NCBI GenBank assembly: GCA_002753735.1
Contig: PEAN01000012.1
Coordinates: 14,575-78,574, forward strand
Direction of reading: 5' to 3'
DNA: 64,000 nucleotides
From: Magnetococcales bacterium DCbin4
Lineage (GTDB): Bacteria; Pseudomonadota; Magnetococcia; Magnetococcales; UBA8363
Position numbers and translations under genes: made by a program
Notes under the pieces: model-generated
Database searches by the model: none
The model's input: the letters and a program-made list of their open reading frames with translations, nothing else
What the model was told of the DNA's origin: nothing
Part shown: in pieces, positions 16,210-25,853 of the stretch
How positions within the stretch are numbered: the first letter of the stretch is position 1
Layout of the letters: each line of letters begins with the position of its first letter

Positions 16210-17235
16210 TTGGCCATCAAGAAACATTCATCCGGTTGGCAGGTGGATATCCAGCCTGGAGGCCGCGGTTGCCGTCGTTATCGGAAGACGTTTTCAACCA
16301 AGGGGGAAGCCCTTCGGTGGGAAATTTTCATGAAGGATCGTCTTCGGATCAATTCGGAATGGTTACCGGCTAAGAAAGATGGGCGGCACATGTCGGAATT
16401 GGTTGATGTTTGGAATAAGCACCATGGGCAACGGCTTCATTTTGATCAGTATAAACGTCTCGTTGCGTTAAGCCAGCGACTTGGGGATCCGGTTGCTGCA
16501 AGTTTCGATGTTCAACATTTTGCTGCTTACCGGGAATTGCGGTTGGCCGATGGGTTGACGCCATCGACCCTCAACCGGGAACATTCCTATTTGCGGGCCA
16601 TGTTTCATGAATTGAAACGGTTGGGACTTTGGTCAGGGGAAAATCCCATGGGAGGACTCCGCCAGTTGAAAGTTCCTGAGCGTGAATTGTCCTACCTCTC
16701 AACTGAGCAAATCCAGAAATTATTGGTGGAAGTGGACAAGAGTGGAAACCCGGATGTGGGCTTGGTCGTTCGGATCTGTTTATCGACCGGTGCTAGATGG
16801 GGTGAGGCAGAGGGGTTGAGGGCCGAACAGGTCCATGAGTGGAGGATTGATTTCTACGGTACCGGGACCAAGAGTGGCAAAAATCGCACTGTTCCTGTTT
16901 CCCATGATCTTGTCCAGCAACTCCGAGGGCGGGGTGTTTCGCATGGCCGGTTGTTCTCCAGTTGTGCTGGGGCTTACCGATCTGCGGTCAAGCGTATGGG
17001 ATTGGATCTTCCCGATGGCCAGTTAACCCACGTCTTGAGACATACTTTTGCATCTCATTTCATGATGAATGGTGGGAATATTCTCGTTCTGCAAAAAATT
17101 CTTGGTCATCAAAGTTTGGCTATGACCATGCGATATTCCCACCTTTCTCCCGATCACTTGAAAGAATCGATCAGGTTTAACCCTCTTGCAAATTCCGTTG
17201 ACACTTCGTTGACAGGAACGTCGGCGGTTGGGTGA
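16210..17235 (+). CDS. int: Tyrosine recombinase (phage integrase)
   Basis: C-terminal catalytic region: GARWGEAEGL (R), HVLRHTFASHFMMNGGNILVLQKILGHQSLAMTMRYSHL (H-x-x-R ... H ... Y). The N-terminus (L)AIKKHSSGWQVDIQPGGRG.RRYRKTFSTKGEAL is typical of this integrase family. A TTG at 16210 lies directly after the rep stop (TAG 16206-16208). The ORF-track start 16192 is also TTG. Confidence 0.85.
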   Translation: MAIKKHSSGWQVDIQPGGRGCRRYRKTFSTKGEALRWEIFMKDRLRINSEWLPAKKDGRHMSELVDVWNKHHGQRLHFDQYKRLVALSQRLGDPVAASFDVQHFAAYRELRLADGLTPSTLNREHSYLRAMFHELKRLGLWSGENPMGGLRQLKVPERELSYLSTEQIQKLLVEVDKSGNPDVGLVVRICLSTGARWGEAEGLRAEQVHEWRIDFYGTGTKSGKNRTVPVSHDLVQQLRGRGVSHGRLFSSCAGAYRSAVKRMGLDLPDGQLTHVLRHTFASHFMMNGGNILVLQKILGHQSLAMTMRYSHLSPDHLKESIRFNPLANSVDTSLTGTSAVG

Positions 17236-17273
17236 TTTTTGGCGGTCTTGTTTCTGTAAGTCTTTGTAAAAAA

Positions 17274-17350
17274 TGGCGTCCCCGGCGCGATTTGAACGCA
17301 CGGCCTACGGATTAGGAATCCGTTGCTCTATCCGGCTGAGCTACGGGGAC
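17274..17350 (-). tRNA. tRNA-Arg (anticodon CCT), CCA-encoded; attR core
   Basis: Reverse complement: GTCCCCG TA GCTC AGCCGGATA GAGC A ACGGA TTCCTAA TCCGT AGGCC GTGCG TTCAAAT CGCGC CGGGGAC G CCA. It folds as a complete 77-nt cloverleaf with a 7-nt anticodon loop, anticodon CCT. Confidence 0.9.
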
Positions 17351-17367
17351 TTTCAAGGCATTCTTGT

Positions 17368-17404
17368 CGAAAACCTCAGGATGCAACGATTCATTGCATC
17401 CTGA
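17368..17404 (-). terminator. Intrinsic terminator of the histidine-kinase operon
   Basis: On the minus strand: TCAGGATGCAA tgaatcg TTGCATCCTGA, a perfect 11-bp stem, followed by GGTTTTCG. It lies 52 nt after the stop at 17456 and 17 nt before the tRNA 5' end. Confidence 0.6.
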
Positions 17405-17455
17405 CATAAGCGTTTGTGAATTTCCAGTGCGGAGGTCACGTTTCAAAGAATTCAC

Positions 17456-18577
17456 TCACAGTGGAAGTCGAATCTCGATGGTTGTTTGATCGGCGGTGCC
17501 GGCATCCAGATGAATGCTCCCCCCCATCGTTCTGGCACTGAGGTCGGCAGAATAGGTTCCCAATCCAGAACCATATTTTTTTCCGGCGGTGACATGCTTG
17601 TTGAAAAATTGATCACGTATCTGTTCCGGGACTTCCCCCCTGTTGACAACCCGGATCAATGCCTGCTCTTTCCGCCTCAGGTCAATTTTCACTGATTCCT
17701 GGGCGGGTGATGCCTCAATGGCGTTCTTGATGACATTCGACAAGACGGCATAACACAAAAGCTCCTCCCCGGAAACCATGAAGGTATCTTCTGCTCGGTG
17801 ATCCCGACCGTCAACCGAAAGGTGTAACTTCACCTTCTTTCTCAAAAACAACGAGTTCAACTCTTTTGCTACATGATGGATGATCTTGACGACATCCACA
17901 GGTACAGGATCCAACACATATAATCCGCGCTCCATCTTGTAGAGGTCATGCGAACGATTGATCATCAGCAACATACGCAATCCCGAAGCGGATAGTTCCT
18001 GCAACATTTGCGCCTGCTCCGCCGGGGGTTTCAAGTCATTGATCAGTATCTCCGGCATGCCGATGATGAAATTCAAAGGCCCTTTCAAATCGTGGCGGAG
18101 AATTTGTTCCACATCCTCCCGTAACTTGGCAGCTATTACCAACTCATCGTTCTGTTTTTGAATCTCCAGGTTTTGCCGCGCAATGGTCTCCCGCGATTCC
18201 TTCAAAGCCAGATGCGTTCTGACCCGTGCCCGGACAATGGCCGCCTTGACCGGTTTGTTGATGAAATCAACCGCACCCACGGAAAAACCTTTAACCTCAT
18301 CTTCAATTTCTTTTTTGGCTGTAATGAATATAACAGGAATGTTTCGTGTTTGTTCATTTTCTCCAAGTTTTCTACAGCCCTCATAACCATCCATTCCAGG
18401 CATCATGATATCCAATAAGATCAGGTCCGGCCCATCTGCGGCATGACGCAACATTTCATGGGCATTGCGTGCAAATACCAGAAAATATTCGTCACGCAGG
18501 ATTTCCCGCAGCAATTTCAAATTGACCGGCTCGTCGTCTGCTATGAGGATCTTGTATTTTTTTTTCTTGGTTTCCAT
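17456..18577 (-). CDS. Response-regulator/histidine-kinase fusion (REC-HisKA-HATPase)
   Basis: N-terminal REC: YKILIADDEPVNLKLL..LILLDIMMPGMDGYE..FITAK. Then RHDLKGPLNFIIGM (H-box-like) and a C-terminal ATPase: GSGLGTYSADL. ATG at 18577; the ORF-track 18586 is TTG. Confidence 0.85.
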   Translation of the reverse strand: METKKKKYKILIADDEPVNLKLLREILRDEYFLVFARNAHEMLRHAADGPDLILLDIMMPGMDGYEGCRKLGENEQTRNIPVIFITAKKEIEDEVKGFSVGAVDFINKPVKAAIVRARVRTHLALKESRETIARQNLEIQKQNDELVIAAKLREDVEQILRHDLKGPLNFIIGMPEILINDLKPPAEQAQMLQELSASGLRMLLMINRSHDLYKMERGLYVLDPVPVDVVKIIHHVAKELNSLFLRKKVKLHLSVDGRDHRAEDTFMVSGEELLCYAVLSNVIKNAIEASPAQESVKIDLRRKEQALIRVVNRGEVPEQIRDQFFNKHVTAGKKYGSGLGTYSADLSARTMGGSIHLDAGTADQTTIEIRLPL

Positions 18578-18578
18578 G

Positions 18579-20819
18579 TCAATCAAAATCCAATGATCTC
18601 ATGATTCGGGACAATGTGGTTCTTGCCCCCATGCAGTCAATTTCCTCAATCTGTACAGTCAGCAAATCCAAATCATGTGCCATGAAAGACCCCTGCAACA
18701 AAGCAGTCAAATCAGGGAGACAGGATTCGGCGGTCATCATATCACCATGATCCAGGGCATACGCCATTTCTTTCATCCGATCCACCTGATGGTGTGCGAT
18801 GGGTCCCTTGGACCATCGTGAAACCTGGATCGATTCGTCCCAGATATCCCGCAACCCGGCACACTCCATTCGCAGGGCATCCATGGCTTCATCCAATTCA
18901 TGGAGCAGTGGATCCAGGTCAGCATTCGGTTGCCGTAACTCCAGTTCCAGCATGCCTGCTGCCCTGGAAAGGTTGGAGGCATGCAAGGATCCCGCACCCC
19001 CCTTGAGGGCATGAGCCAATGCAACCGCTGTTTGAATCTGGCCTGCGGCAATGGCCGAACGAATGACCGCTCCATCCTGGAGATGATAATCGACAAATTC
19101 CATCAAGGATTTATAAAAGACGCGCGGATTCTCCCATTGATTCAATGCCTCCTGCACGCAAACAGTCGCAAGCACTGGAAAATCCGCCATCCTGTCCCTT
19201 GAATTGCCGCCATATCCCATCGTTGCCTTCGTCGATTCACCCCCTGACATGGGAAACCAGTGTGCGAGGATCCGATCAAGCGCGCCAAAATCAATCGGCC
19301 TTTCGATGATCTCATCCATGCCTGCCTCCCGATAATGATCTCGATCCATGGCAGGGGCATGGGACGTCATGGCGATGATCAAGACATGCCGCGAAGATGC
19401 CATCGCCATTTCCCGTTCACGTATGATGCGCGTCGCCGCCAAGCCATCCATGTTGGGCATCTGAATGTCCATGAAAATGACATCAAAGGTGTCCTGATCA
19501 TTCAACTCAAGGGCATGCGCACCATCCAAGGCGACCGTAACCTTGTGTCCGCGCCTTTGGAATCGGGTGACCAGCAACGTTCGGTTGATTTCCACATCGT
19601 CGGCAACAAGAATATTGAGTGGACTTCCTGAAGGAGTGGTCATGGCAACTCCAGGATCGGGTTTGAGCCGGTTCAGACACTGGCACATTCCTTTGACCTC
19701 GGGCAGAGGGACGACGAAATAAAAGGTACTCCCCTTGCCGACTTCGCTTTCCACCCAGATGCTTCCTCCCATCTTCTCCACCAGTTCCTTGGCGATGGTC
19801 GTTCCCAGACCACTGCCTCCATACCGACGGGTCATTGAGGTGTCCGCCTGGGTGAAACTGTCGAAAATATGCCGTTGCCGGTCCAGAGGAATCCCGATTC
19901 CGGTATCCTGGATGGCAAATTGCAGCCTTTCTTCCGCCTCCCGGGTGACGATGATCGTAACATGACCCTTTTCGGTAAACTTGATGGCGTTGCCCACCAG
20001 GTTCATGATGATTTGACGCAAATGGATCGGATCGCCCGTATGACAGTGGGTCCACGTTCCACGCATCTCCAAAGTCAATTCCAGGTTTTTGGCCTTGGCC
20101 AGAATATTCATCGAATACACAATCTCTTCCAGGAGTTGCCGAAGATCAAAATCCGAAGAGACCCGTTCGAGCTGACCCCGTTCAATCCTGGAAAGATCCA
20201 GAATATCGTCCAACAGGGCCAGCAATCCTTTCGCTGAAGAGATTGCAGTGCGTAAACATTTGATATGGTTTGGATTGTCCTCTGTTTCGAGGACCAGTTC
20301 CGTCATGCCGATCACGCTGTTCATCGGGGTACGGAGTTCATGGCTCATGTTGGCCAGAAAATCGCTCTTGGCACGACTGGAAGCCTCTGCCTTGTCTCGT
20401 GCCCGCTTCAGTTCCGCCATCAGGGAAAACATGGAATCGCGATGATGCTTCAACTCCATGTGATTTTTCACCCGTGCTTGAACGACCGCCTTGCTGAAGG
20501 GTTTGGTTACATAATCAATGGCACCCAACTCAAATCCTTTGGCCTCATCCTCACCTTCATCCCTGGCGGAGACGAAAATAACCGGGATGTCACGGGTATC
20601 GTCCGCTCCCTTCAGGCGGCGACACACCTCATAACCATCCATGTGTGGCATCATGACGTCCAACAACACCAGGTCTGGCCGTTCCAGGGTGGCAAGCTCC
20701 AATGCCCTGGGTCCGTTGTTGGCGACCAACAGTTCATAGTCGTTTTTGAGCAGTTGGACCAACACCTTGATATTGGTCAGAACATCATCAACGATAAGGA
20801 TCTTCCCCTTGACTTCCAT
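18579..20819 (-). CDS. Hybrid histidine kinase (REC-HisKA-HATPase-REC-HPt)
   Basis: KILIVDDVLTNIKVL..LLDVMMPHMDGYE; FLANMSHELRTPMNSVIGM; GGSGLGTTIAKELVE; second REC NILVADDVEINR..FMDIQMPNMDG; HPt HALKGGAGSLHASNL. The start ATG (20819) shares one nt with the upstream stop (TGATG). Confidence 0.9.
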   Translation of the reverse strand: MEVKGKILIVDDVLTNIKVLVQLLKNDYELLVANNGPRALELATLERPDLVLLDVMMPHMDGYEVCRRLKGADDTRDIPVIFVSARDEGEDEAKGFELGAIDYVTKPFSKAVVQARVKNHMELKHHRDSMFSLMAELKRARDKAEASSRAKSDFLANMSHELRTPMNSVIGMTELVLETEDNPNHIKCLRTAISSAKGLLALLDDILDLSRIERGQLERVSSDFDLRQLLEEIVYSMNILAKAKNLELTLEMRGTWTHCHTGDPIHLRQIIMNLVGNAIKFTEKGHVTIIVTREAEERLQFAIQDTGIGIPLDRQRHIFDSFTQADTSMTRRYGGSGLGTTIAKELVEKMGGSIWVESEVGKGSTFYFVVPLPEVKGMCQCLNRLKPDPGVAMTTPSGSPLNILVADDVEINRTLLVTRFQRRGHKVTVALDGAHALELNDQDTFDVIFMDIQMPNMDGLAATRIIREREMAMASSRHVLIIAMTSHAPAMDRDHYREAGMDEIIERPIDFGALDRILAHWFPMSGGESTKATMGYGGNSRDRMADFPVLATVCVQEALNQWENPRVFYKSLMEFVDYHLQDGAVIRSAIAAGQIQTAVALAHALKGGAGSLHASNLSRAAGMLELELRQPNADLDPLLHELDEAMDALRMECAGLRDIWDESIQVSRWSKGPIAHHQVDRMKEMAYALDHGDMMTAESCLPDLTALLQGSFMAHDLDLLTVQIEEIDCMGARTTLSRIMRSLDFD

Positions 20820-23800
20820 CAAACGTCCTCATCCAGGGAAATACCTAACCGATTTGCCATAATGCGAAGCGTTTGAATCGATTTATTGAAGTCCAGGTTG
20901 CCGATCTCCTCTGCCAAATCTGCCAATTCTTCACTCATGGGTGTATTGCCCAGAAGGTGTTCCAAAGTCGCTAATGGCTTTTCGGCCCGGATATTGTTTC
21001 TCCTGAGAAGGTGGTAAAGTTCCATGATCGTAGGTGCCACGGCCTTGGGATTGATGGGCACGCTGTCATTGTGTGTATCGATTTCATGTTTTTGATGGTC
21101 ACTCTTCTTGGTCATCCGGTCGATGGAATCCAGCACCGTCGCCAAGGATTGTTCGAAACAATCCAACATGGGTGGCCATAATTCCCGCTTGCGTGCCGTG
21201 ATCATGAGTTCAAGATCGTGGCACGCATGGTGTAGATCCTGCGCTCCCAGGTTGCCTGCCGTTCCTCTGATGGCATGGACCATTCCCCGCGCCATCATTT
21301 CATTTTCCAATCCGCCTCGTTCCAGATGGCGTCGGACTTTTTGTGCACCTTGCGCAAAATCACGTTTGAAATCAAGCAATAGCGAACAGAAGAGTTGTTG
21401 GTTCCCTCCAAGTCGCCGCACGGCACCTGCAACATCGAATCCTGGAAGCGTCTCTGGCAGCGATGGAATCTGATTCCACATGGACTGTCCGCGTGACGGT
21501 ACAAATGGAATACCCAATCCTTCCCGCGGTTTGATCCATCGATGCAAGACACTCATGAGTTGCCTTGAATCCATGGGTTTGGGAACGTGGTCATTCATTC
21601 CCGCAGCGATACATTTGTCCCGATCACCACTCATGGCATGGGCCGTCATGGCAACGATGGGCAGTTGTTCAAACTCTTTATGGGCGCGAATGGTCTGTGT
21701 TGCTGCCAAACCGTCCATCTCCGGCATCTCGACATCCATCAATACGATATCATAAGAAGATTGCATCACCCGCTGAACACCTTCACGCCCATTCCCGGCA
21801 ATCTCAACCTCCAATCCCGCGGACTCCAACGTTTCCCGCGCCACCATCTGATTGATGGTATTGTCTTCCACCAACAATACCTTGGCCCCGGCGATGGCGC
21901 GATCCGCATAGATCGTGGTATCGAGTTCGGAGGAGGAGGGGGATGAATCTTCGTTGAATACGGCAGTAATCGCATTGAAGAGCATGGAGGAGGTGACGGG
22001 CTTGACCAGGAATCCATTGACTCCGGCATATTGCGCACGCTTCATGACATCTTCCTGGCCAAAGGCGGTGACCATGATGATCTTGATGGGTCGATTGGAG
22101 CTTTGGGAGCGGATGATTTTGCAGGTTTCGATGCCATCCCGTCCCGGCATGCGCAGGTCGGTCAAAATCAGGGAAAAAGGTTGTTGTTCTTCTTCCGCAA
22201 CGCTCAGTTCGACCAGGGCCTCTTCGCCAGAGCTGATCAGCACCGGGGTCAATGACAAATCCCTCAAGATCTCACCTAGGATTTTCCGTGAGGTTTCGCT
22301 GTCATCGATCACCAGGACCCGCATCCCCTTGAGTGATTCGGCGGGAACGGAGGGTCGAACCTTGACCGGGTCTTCCTTGCCGAAGGTGGCCGTAAAACGA
22401 AACGTGCTTCCCTGACCGGGTTGACTCTCGACCCAGATCCTGCCTTCCATCAATTCCACGATCCGTTTACAAATGCTCAAGCCCAAACCGGTTCCGCCAT
22501 ACCTTCGAGTTGTTGATGAATCGGCTTGATGAAACGGCTGAAACAAAGATTCCATCTGTTCGGCGGACAGGCCAATCCCGGTATCCTGCACCGAAAAACG
22601 CAATTGCACCCGGGTTGGGGTCTCTTCTTCGATTGCAACCGATACCACGATCAGACCATCACGTTGCGTAAATTTGATGGCATTGTTGATCAGGTTGATC
22701 AATACCTGTCCCAGACGCAACGGATCACCACGCAACGCAACCGGTATGTTGTTTGGACACCGGACCAGAAGCTCCAATCCCTTTTCCTCCACCCTTTGCC
22801 CCAACAGACTGGAACTGTTGTTCAATACGGCATCAAGAGAAAAGGGGACCGATTCCATTTCAAGTTTTCCGGCCTCGATTTTAGAAAAATCGAGAATATC
22901 ATTGATGATACCCATCAGGTTGTGCGCCGAAGATTGAATTTTTGCCAGGTAATCGATCTGTTGGTTGGTCAATACCGTTTTCAATGCCAGTTGGCTCAAA
23001 CCGATGATGGCATTCATGGGGGTGCGGATTTCGTGGCTCATATGGGCCAGAAATTCGCTTTTGGCCCGGTCGGCAGCTTCGGCCTGAGATTTTTTTTCCA
23101 ACAGGCGTGCTTCGGTCAATTTTTGTTCAAAGATTTTGCGAGCGTTGCGCCGCAGCGTCACATGGGCATTGATCCGTGCCATGAGCTCTTCCTTGTGGAA
23201 CGGCTTGGTCACATAATCGACCGCTCCCAGATGAAATGCGCGTACCATGGCCGCCGGGCGATCCCTGGCGGACAGGATAATCATCGGCGGGGACGAATCA
23301 TTGTCGCGTACCCGCTCCAATATGTCGTATCCCGACACATCGGGCATCATCAGATCCAGCAAGACCAGGTCAAACTCTTTTTGATTGAGCCATTCCAGGC
23401 ACTGAGCACCATTACTTGCCTCAATGACTTCATGATTGCCGCCAAGGTTGGCCCGGATGACTTCCCGGTTGATGGCATCATCATCCACAACCAGAATCGA
23501 GTATTCTTTGCCGATGGCGGCATCCATGGCAACGGGAAGTTGGTGGCTCGAAGCGGAAGGGGATGAAGCGGAGGGTGGTCCAATGACCGGATCGGGAATC
23601 GCTGGTTTGGCAGGATAGTGCGACCAGAGTGAGCGTAAGGTCTCCTGATCAAGGTTTTCTTTCAATGGCAGCAGAACGGTAAACAGGCTGCCCGCACCGG
23701 GGATGCTTTCAAGATGGATGACCCCGTGCAAGGCGGTCAATGATTGTTTGACAATGGACAATCCCAATCCAGAACCTTCATAGGCCCGGCTTTCCGAATG

Positions 23801-25621
23801 GAATCCCTGTTGGAACCGTTCAAATATTTTATCATGGAATTCCGGGGAAATACCGATTCCCGTATCCGCCACCGTGATGGCCACCGCTTCAGGGGAGAGC
23901 AGGTCGGCCATGATGACAATCCGGCCCCGGTGGGTAAATTTGATGGCGTTACCAACAAGATTGGTGAGAATGGTTTCCAAATGTTCCGGATCGGAATGAA
24001 TCTTCAAACTTGAATCTATTTGAAGATCAAGTGCCAGCCCCTTGGCCATGCACTGGCTTTCAAACTGACCTGTGAGGGTGGTGACGAACTCGTGGAGCAG
24101 CAATTCTTCCCGGCGGGCAACTCGATGCTTGTTGGAGGAGACGGCAAGAATCTGCAACGTCAGGCGCAACAGGCGGTTTGCTGAAAAAATAATCTGCGCC
24201 AATGGTTTGTGTTGGTCTTGGTTCACATGGCCATAGGCACCGTCCTCGATGGCCCGGGCCAGGCCCAGAATGCCGTTCAATGGGGTTTTCAGTTCATGGG
24301 TGACATTGGCCAGGAAATCATCCTTCATTAAATCGAGTTCTTGAAGTTCTTCGTTCTGAAGACAGATTTTTTCATAGGACTGATTCAAACGGTTCTGGGT
24401 ATGCCGCAAATCTTCGACCATGGCATTGAAATGATTGGCCAAGCTGGAAAATTCCTCAATCTGACCCAGGTCCACCCGATATTCCAGGGAACCGGCACCG
24501 ATCGTTTGCGCCGCCTGGGACAGGAGAATGATGGGATCCAGCAAGGTTTTTTTGATGGTGCCGTAGATCAAAAACATCACAAGAAAAATGCTGGCTGCCG
24601 TGATTCCCGCGACGGTCCAGCTCAATGCATGCGACTGGGCCTGGAATTCGTCTTCCCACAACAGGGCGATGAGATACAGGGAATCATGCAGGTGCACACC
24701 TTCCAGGAGGGCGGGGCGGTTTAACGCTTGGGTGTGGATGGCTTCCGATGCAACCAATTGCTCCGGGTCGCTGTTGATCAGGGTTTTCATCAATTCCGGG
24801 GGAAGCCCGGGTGGCAGACTGGCCCACGAAGGGGAATAAATGATTTCTCCTTCCGCATTGCTGACCAATAGGAATCCACCGGCACCAATATGCGTGGTTT
24901 CGATTTTTTCCCGCAAAAATTCGGGCCGCATGGTAATGGCAAAGTAGCCACGAAAGGTTTCGTGTTGCGATGGATCCTGGCCGGTACTGCGCAAATAGAT
25001 TTTCCTTGCGGCCAGAAATGCCCATTCGCCATTGTCCTGATTATGGAAAAAATCCAGAATCAGCCTGTCCTGATGGGCGCTCAAACGTGTGAAATAAGGA
25101 GATGTTTTCTCATTCTCGCTTTTATTGGCCAGGAAATCGCGGGCAAAACGGACATCTTCCATCCCATCCGGCATGAGAATTCGGATCTCATAATATTCGG
25201 GATAGGCGGAAGCATAACTTGCAAACAGATTCAACAAGGGAAGCTGGAGAATTCCATAACGTGTATTTTCGCTGTCATTCGCCATGTACTCCTTGACCAG
25301 GGGGGCACCGGAAAACAGTTCGATGTTGGCCTTGACCGTATTGAACCGGGTCATCAAATCAGAATGGGTGAACCGCAGCAGGTTTCTCACTTCTCCCAGT
25401 GCCTGCGAGGTCGATGTCTGTGTAATATGTTCCCCGGCCAACCCTCCCAGGAGTACCAGGGGAAGGGTGACCAGGGGCAACAACAGCAGCAACAAATAGG
25501 TGCGCAATCGTGTACGGCCCGTCAATAAATGCCAGGAGATGAGGCGTTGCGGTACCAATGCGACCTCCGCCGGGGGAAAAACCATCACATGAAGATATGA
25601 GCAAACGATTATGCCTGCCAT
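20819..25621 (-). CDS. Giant hybrid sensor kinase with two complete kinase cores. Order: TM, periplasmic sensor, TM, HAMP, HisKA, HATPase, REC, HisKA, HATPase, REC, REC, HPt
   Basis: [16 protein letters not shown] + [11 protein letters not shown]; [29 protein letters not shown]; second core [18 protein letters not shown] + [15 protein letters not shown]; RECs [24 protein letters not shown] and [24 protein letters not shown]; HPt [19 protein letters not shown] at 25621; the ORF-track start 25636 is TTG. Confidence 0.9.
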   Translation of the reverse strand: MAGIIVCSYLHVMVFPPAEVALVPQRLISWHLLTGRTRLRTYLLLLLLPLVTLPLVLLGGLAGEHITQTSTSQALGEVRNLLRFTHSDLMTRFNTVKANIELFSGAPLVKEYMANDSENTRYGILQLPLLNLFASYASAYPEYYEIRILMPDGMEDVRFARDFLANKSENEKTSPYFTRLSAHQDRLILDFFHNQDNGEWAFLAARKIYLRSTGQDPSQHETFRGYFAITMRPEFLREKIETTHIGAGGFLLVSNAEGEIIYSPSWASLPPGLPPELMKTLINSDPEQLVASEAIHTQALNRPALLEGVHLHDSLYLIALLWEDEFQAQSHALSWTVAGITAASIFLVMFLIYGTIKKTLLDPIILLSQAAQTIGAGSLEYRVDLGQIEEFSSLANHFNAMVEDLRHTQNRLNQSYEKICLQNEELQELDLMKDDFLANVTHELKTPLNGILGLARAIEDGAYGHVNQDQHKPLAQIIFSANRLLRLTLQILAVSSNKHRVARREELLLHEFVTTLTGQFESQCMAKGLALDLQIDSSLKIHSDPEHLETILTNLVGNAIKFTHRGRIVIMADLLSPEAVAITVADTGIGISPEFHDKIFERFQQGFHSESRAYEGSGLGLSIVKQSLTALHGVIHLESIPGAGSLFTVLLPLKENLDQETLRSLWSHYPAKPAIPDPVIGPPSASSPSASSHQLPVAMDAAIGKEYSILVVDDDAINREVIRANLGGNHEVIEASNGAQCLEWLNQKEFDLVLLDLMMPDVSGYDILERVRDNDSSPPMIILSARDRPAAMVRAFHLGAVDYVTKPFHKEELMARINAHVTLRRNARKIFEQKLTEARLLEKKSQAEAADRAKSEFLAHMSHEIRTPMNAIIGLSQLALKTVLTNQQIDYLAKIQSSAHNLMGIINDILDFSKIEAGKLEMESVPFSLDAVLNNSSSLLGQRVEEKGLELLVRCPNNIPVALRGDPLRLGQVLINLINNAIKFTQRDGLIVVSVAIEEETPTRVQLRFSVQDTGIGLSAEQMESLFQPFHQADSSTTRRYGGTGLGLSICKRIVELMEGRIWVESQPGQGSTFRFTATFGKEDPVKVRPSVPAESLKGMRVLVIDDSETSRKILGEILRDLSLTPVLISSGEEALVELSVAEEEQQPFSLILTDLRMPGRDGIETCKIIRSQSSNRPIKIIMVTAFGQEDVMKRAQYAGVNGFLVKPVTSSMLFNAITAVFNEDSSPSSSELDTTIYADRAIAGAKVLLVEDNTINQMVARETLESAGLEVEIAGNGREGVQRVMQSSYDIVLMDVEMPEMDGLAATQTIRAHKEFEQLPIVAMTAHAMSGDRDKCIAAGMNDHVPKPMDSRQLMSVLHRWIKPREGLGIPFVPSRGQSMWNQIPSLPETLPGFDVAGAVRRLGGNQQLFCSLLLDFKRDFAQGAQKVRRHLERGGLENEMMARGMVHAIRGTAGNLGAQDLHHACHDLELMITARKRELWPPMLDCFEQSLATVLDSIDRMTKKSDHQKHEIDTHNDSVPINPKAVAPTIMELYHLLRRNNIRAEKPLATLEHLLGNTPMSEELADLAEEIGNLDFNKSIQTLRIMANRLGISLDEDV

Positions 25622-25853
25622 GAATATAAAAAGCAAATCCCAGGTGATGATGAAGGATTTTCCGTTACTGTCATTGAGTGGAGAATTTCATCAAAATGAT
25701 CTGTTTGTGGTTTTGCGAGACTGGATCAATCGAATCAGACGGTTTACCTTGTCTTGAATCGGTTGGGAAAAAAGGGTTACCGGGTGAATCTGACCCGTCG
25801 GTGACCGACTGCGTGATTCATCCTGATGATTCTATAGCGACAGGGGCCATGCC

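Larger units (their letters stand above)
5762..17325. mobile_element. Integrated filamentous (Inoviridae/CTXphi-like) prophage, ~11.5 kb, inserted at the 3' end of tRNA-Arg(CCT)
   Basis: A 52-nt direct repeat (5762-5813 vs 17274-17325) bounds it, with 45 nt perfect, one mismatch, then 6 nt matching. The integrase gene abuts the intact tRNA. The interior has the canonical inovirus gene order: coat, adsorption protein, small membrane protein, Zot, secretin, structured intergenic region, RCR Rep. The interior is visibly AT-richer than both flanks. Confidence 0.85.

Noticed and set aside
20265-25528. + strand ORFs 20265..20876, 22526..23566 (346 aa), 24341..24724 and 24890..25528
   Set aside because: They are antisense shadows of the two hybrid kinase genes. 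The minus frames carry all the H-box, N/G-box, REC and HPt motifs.
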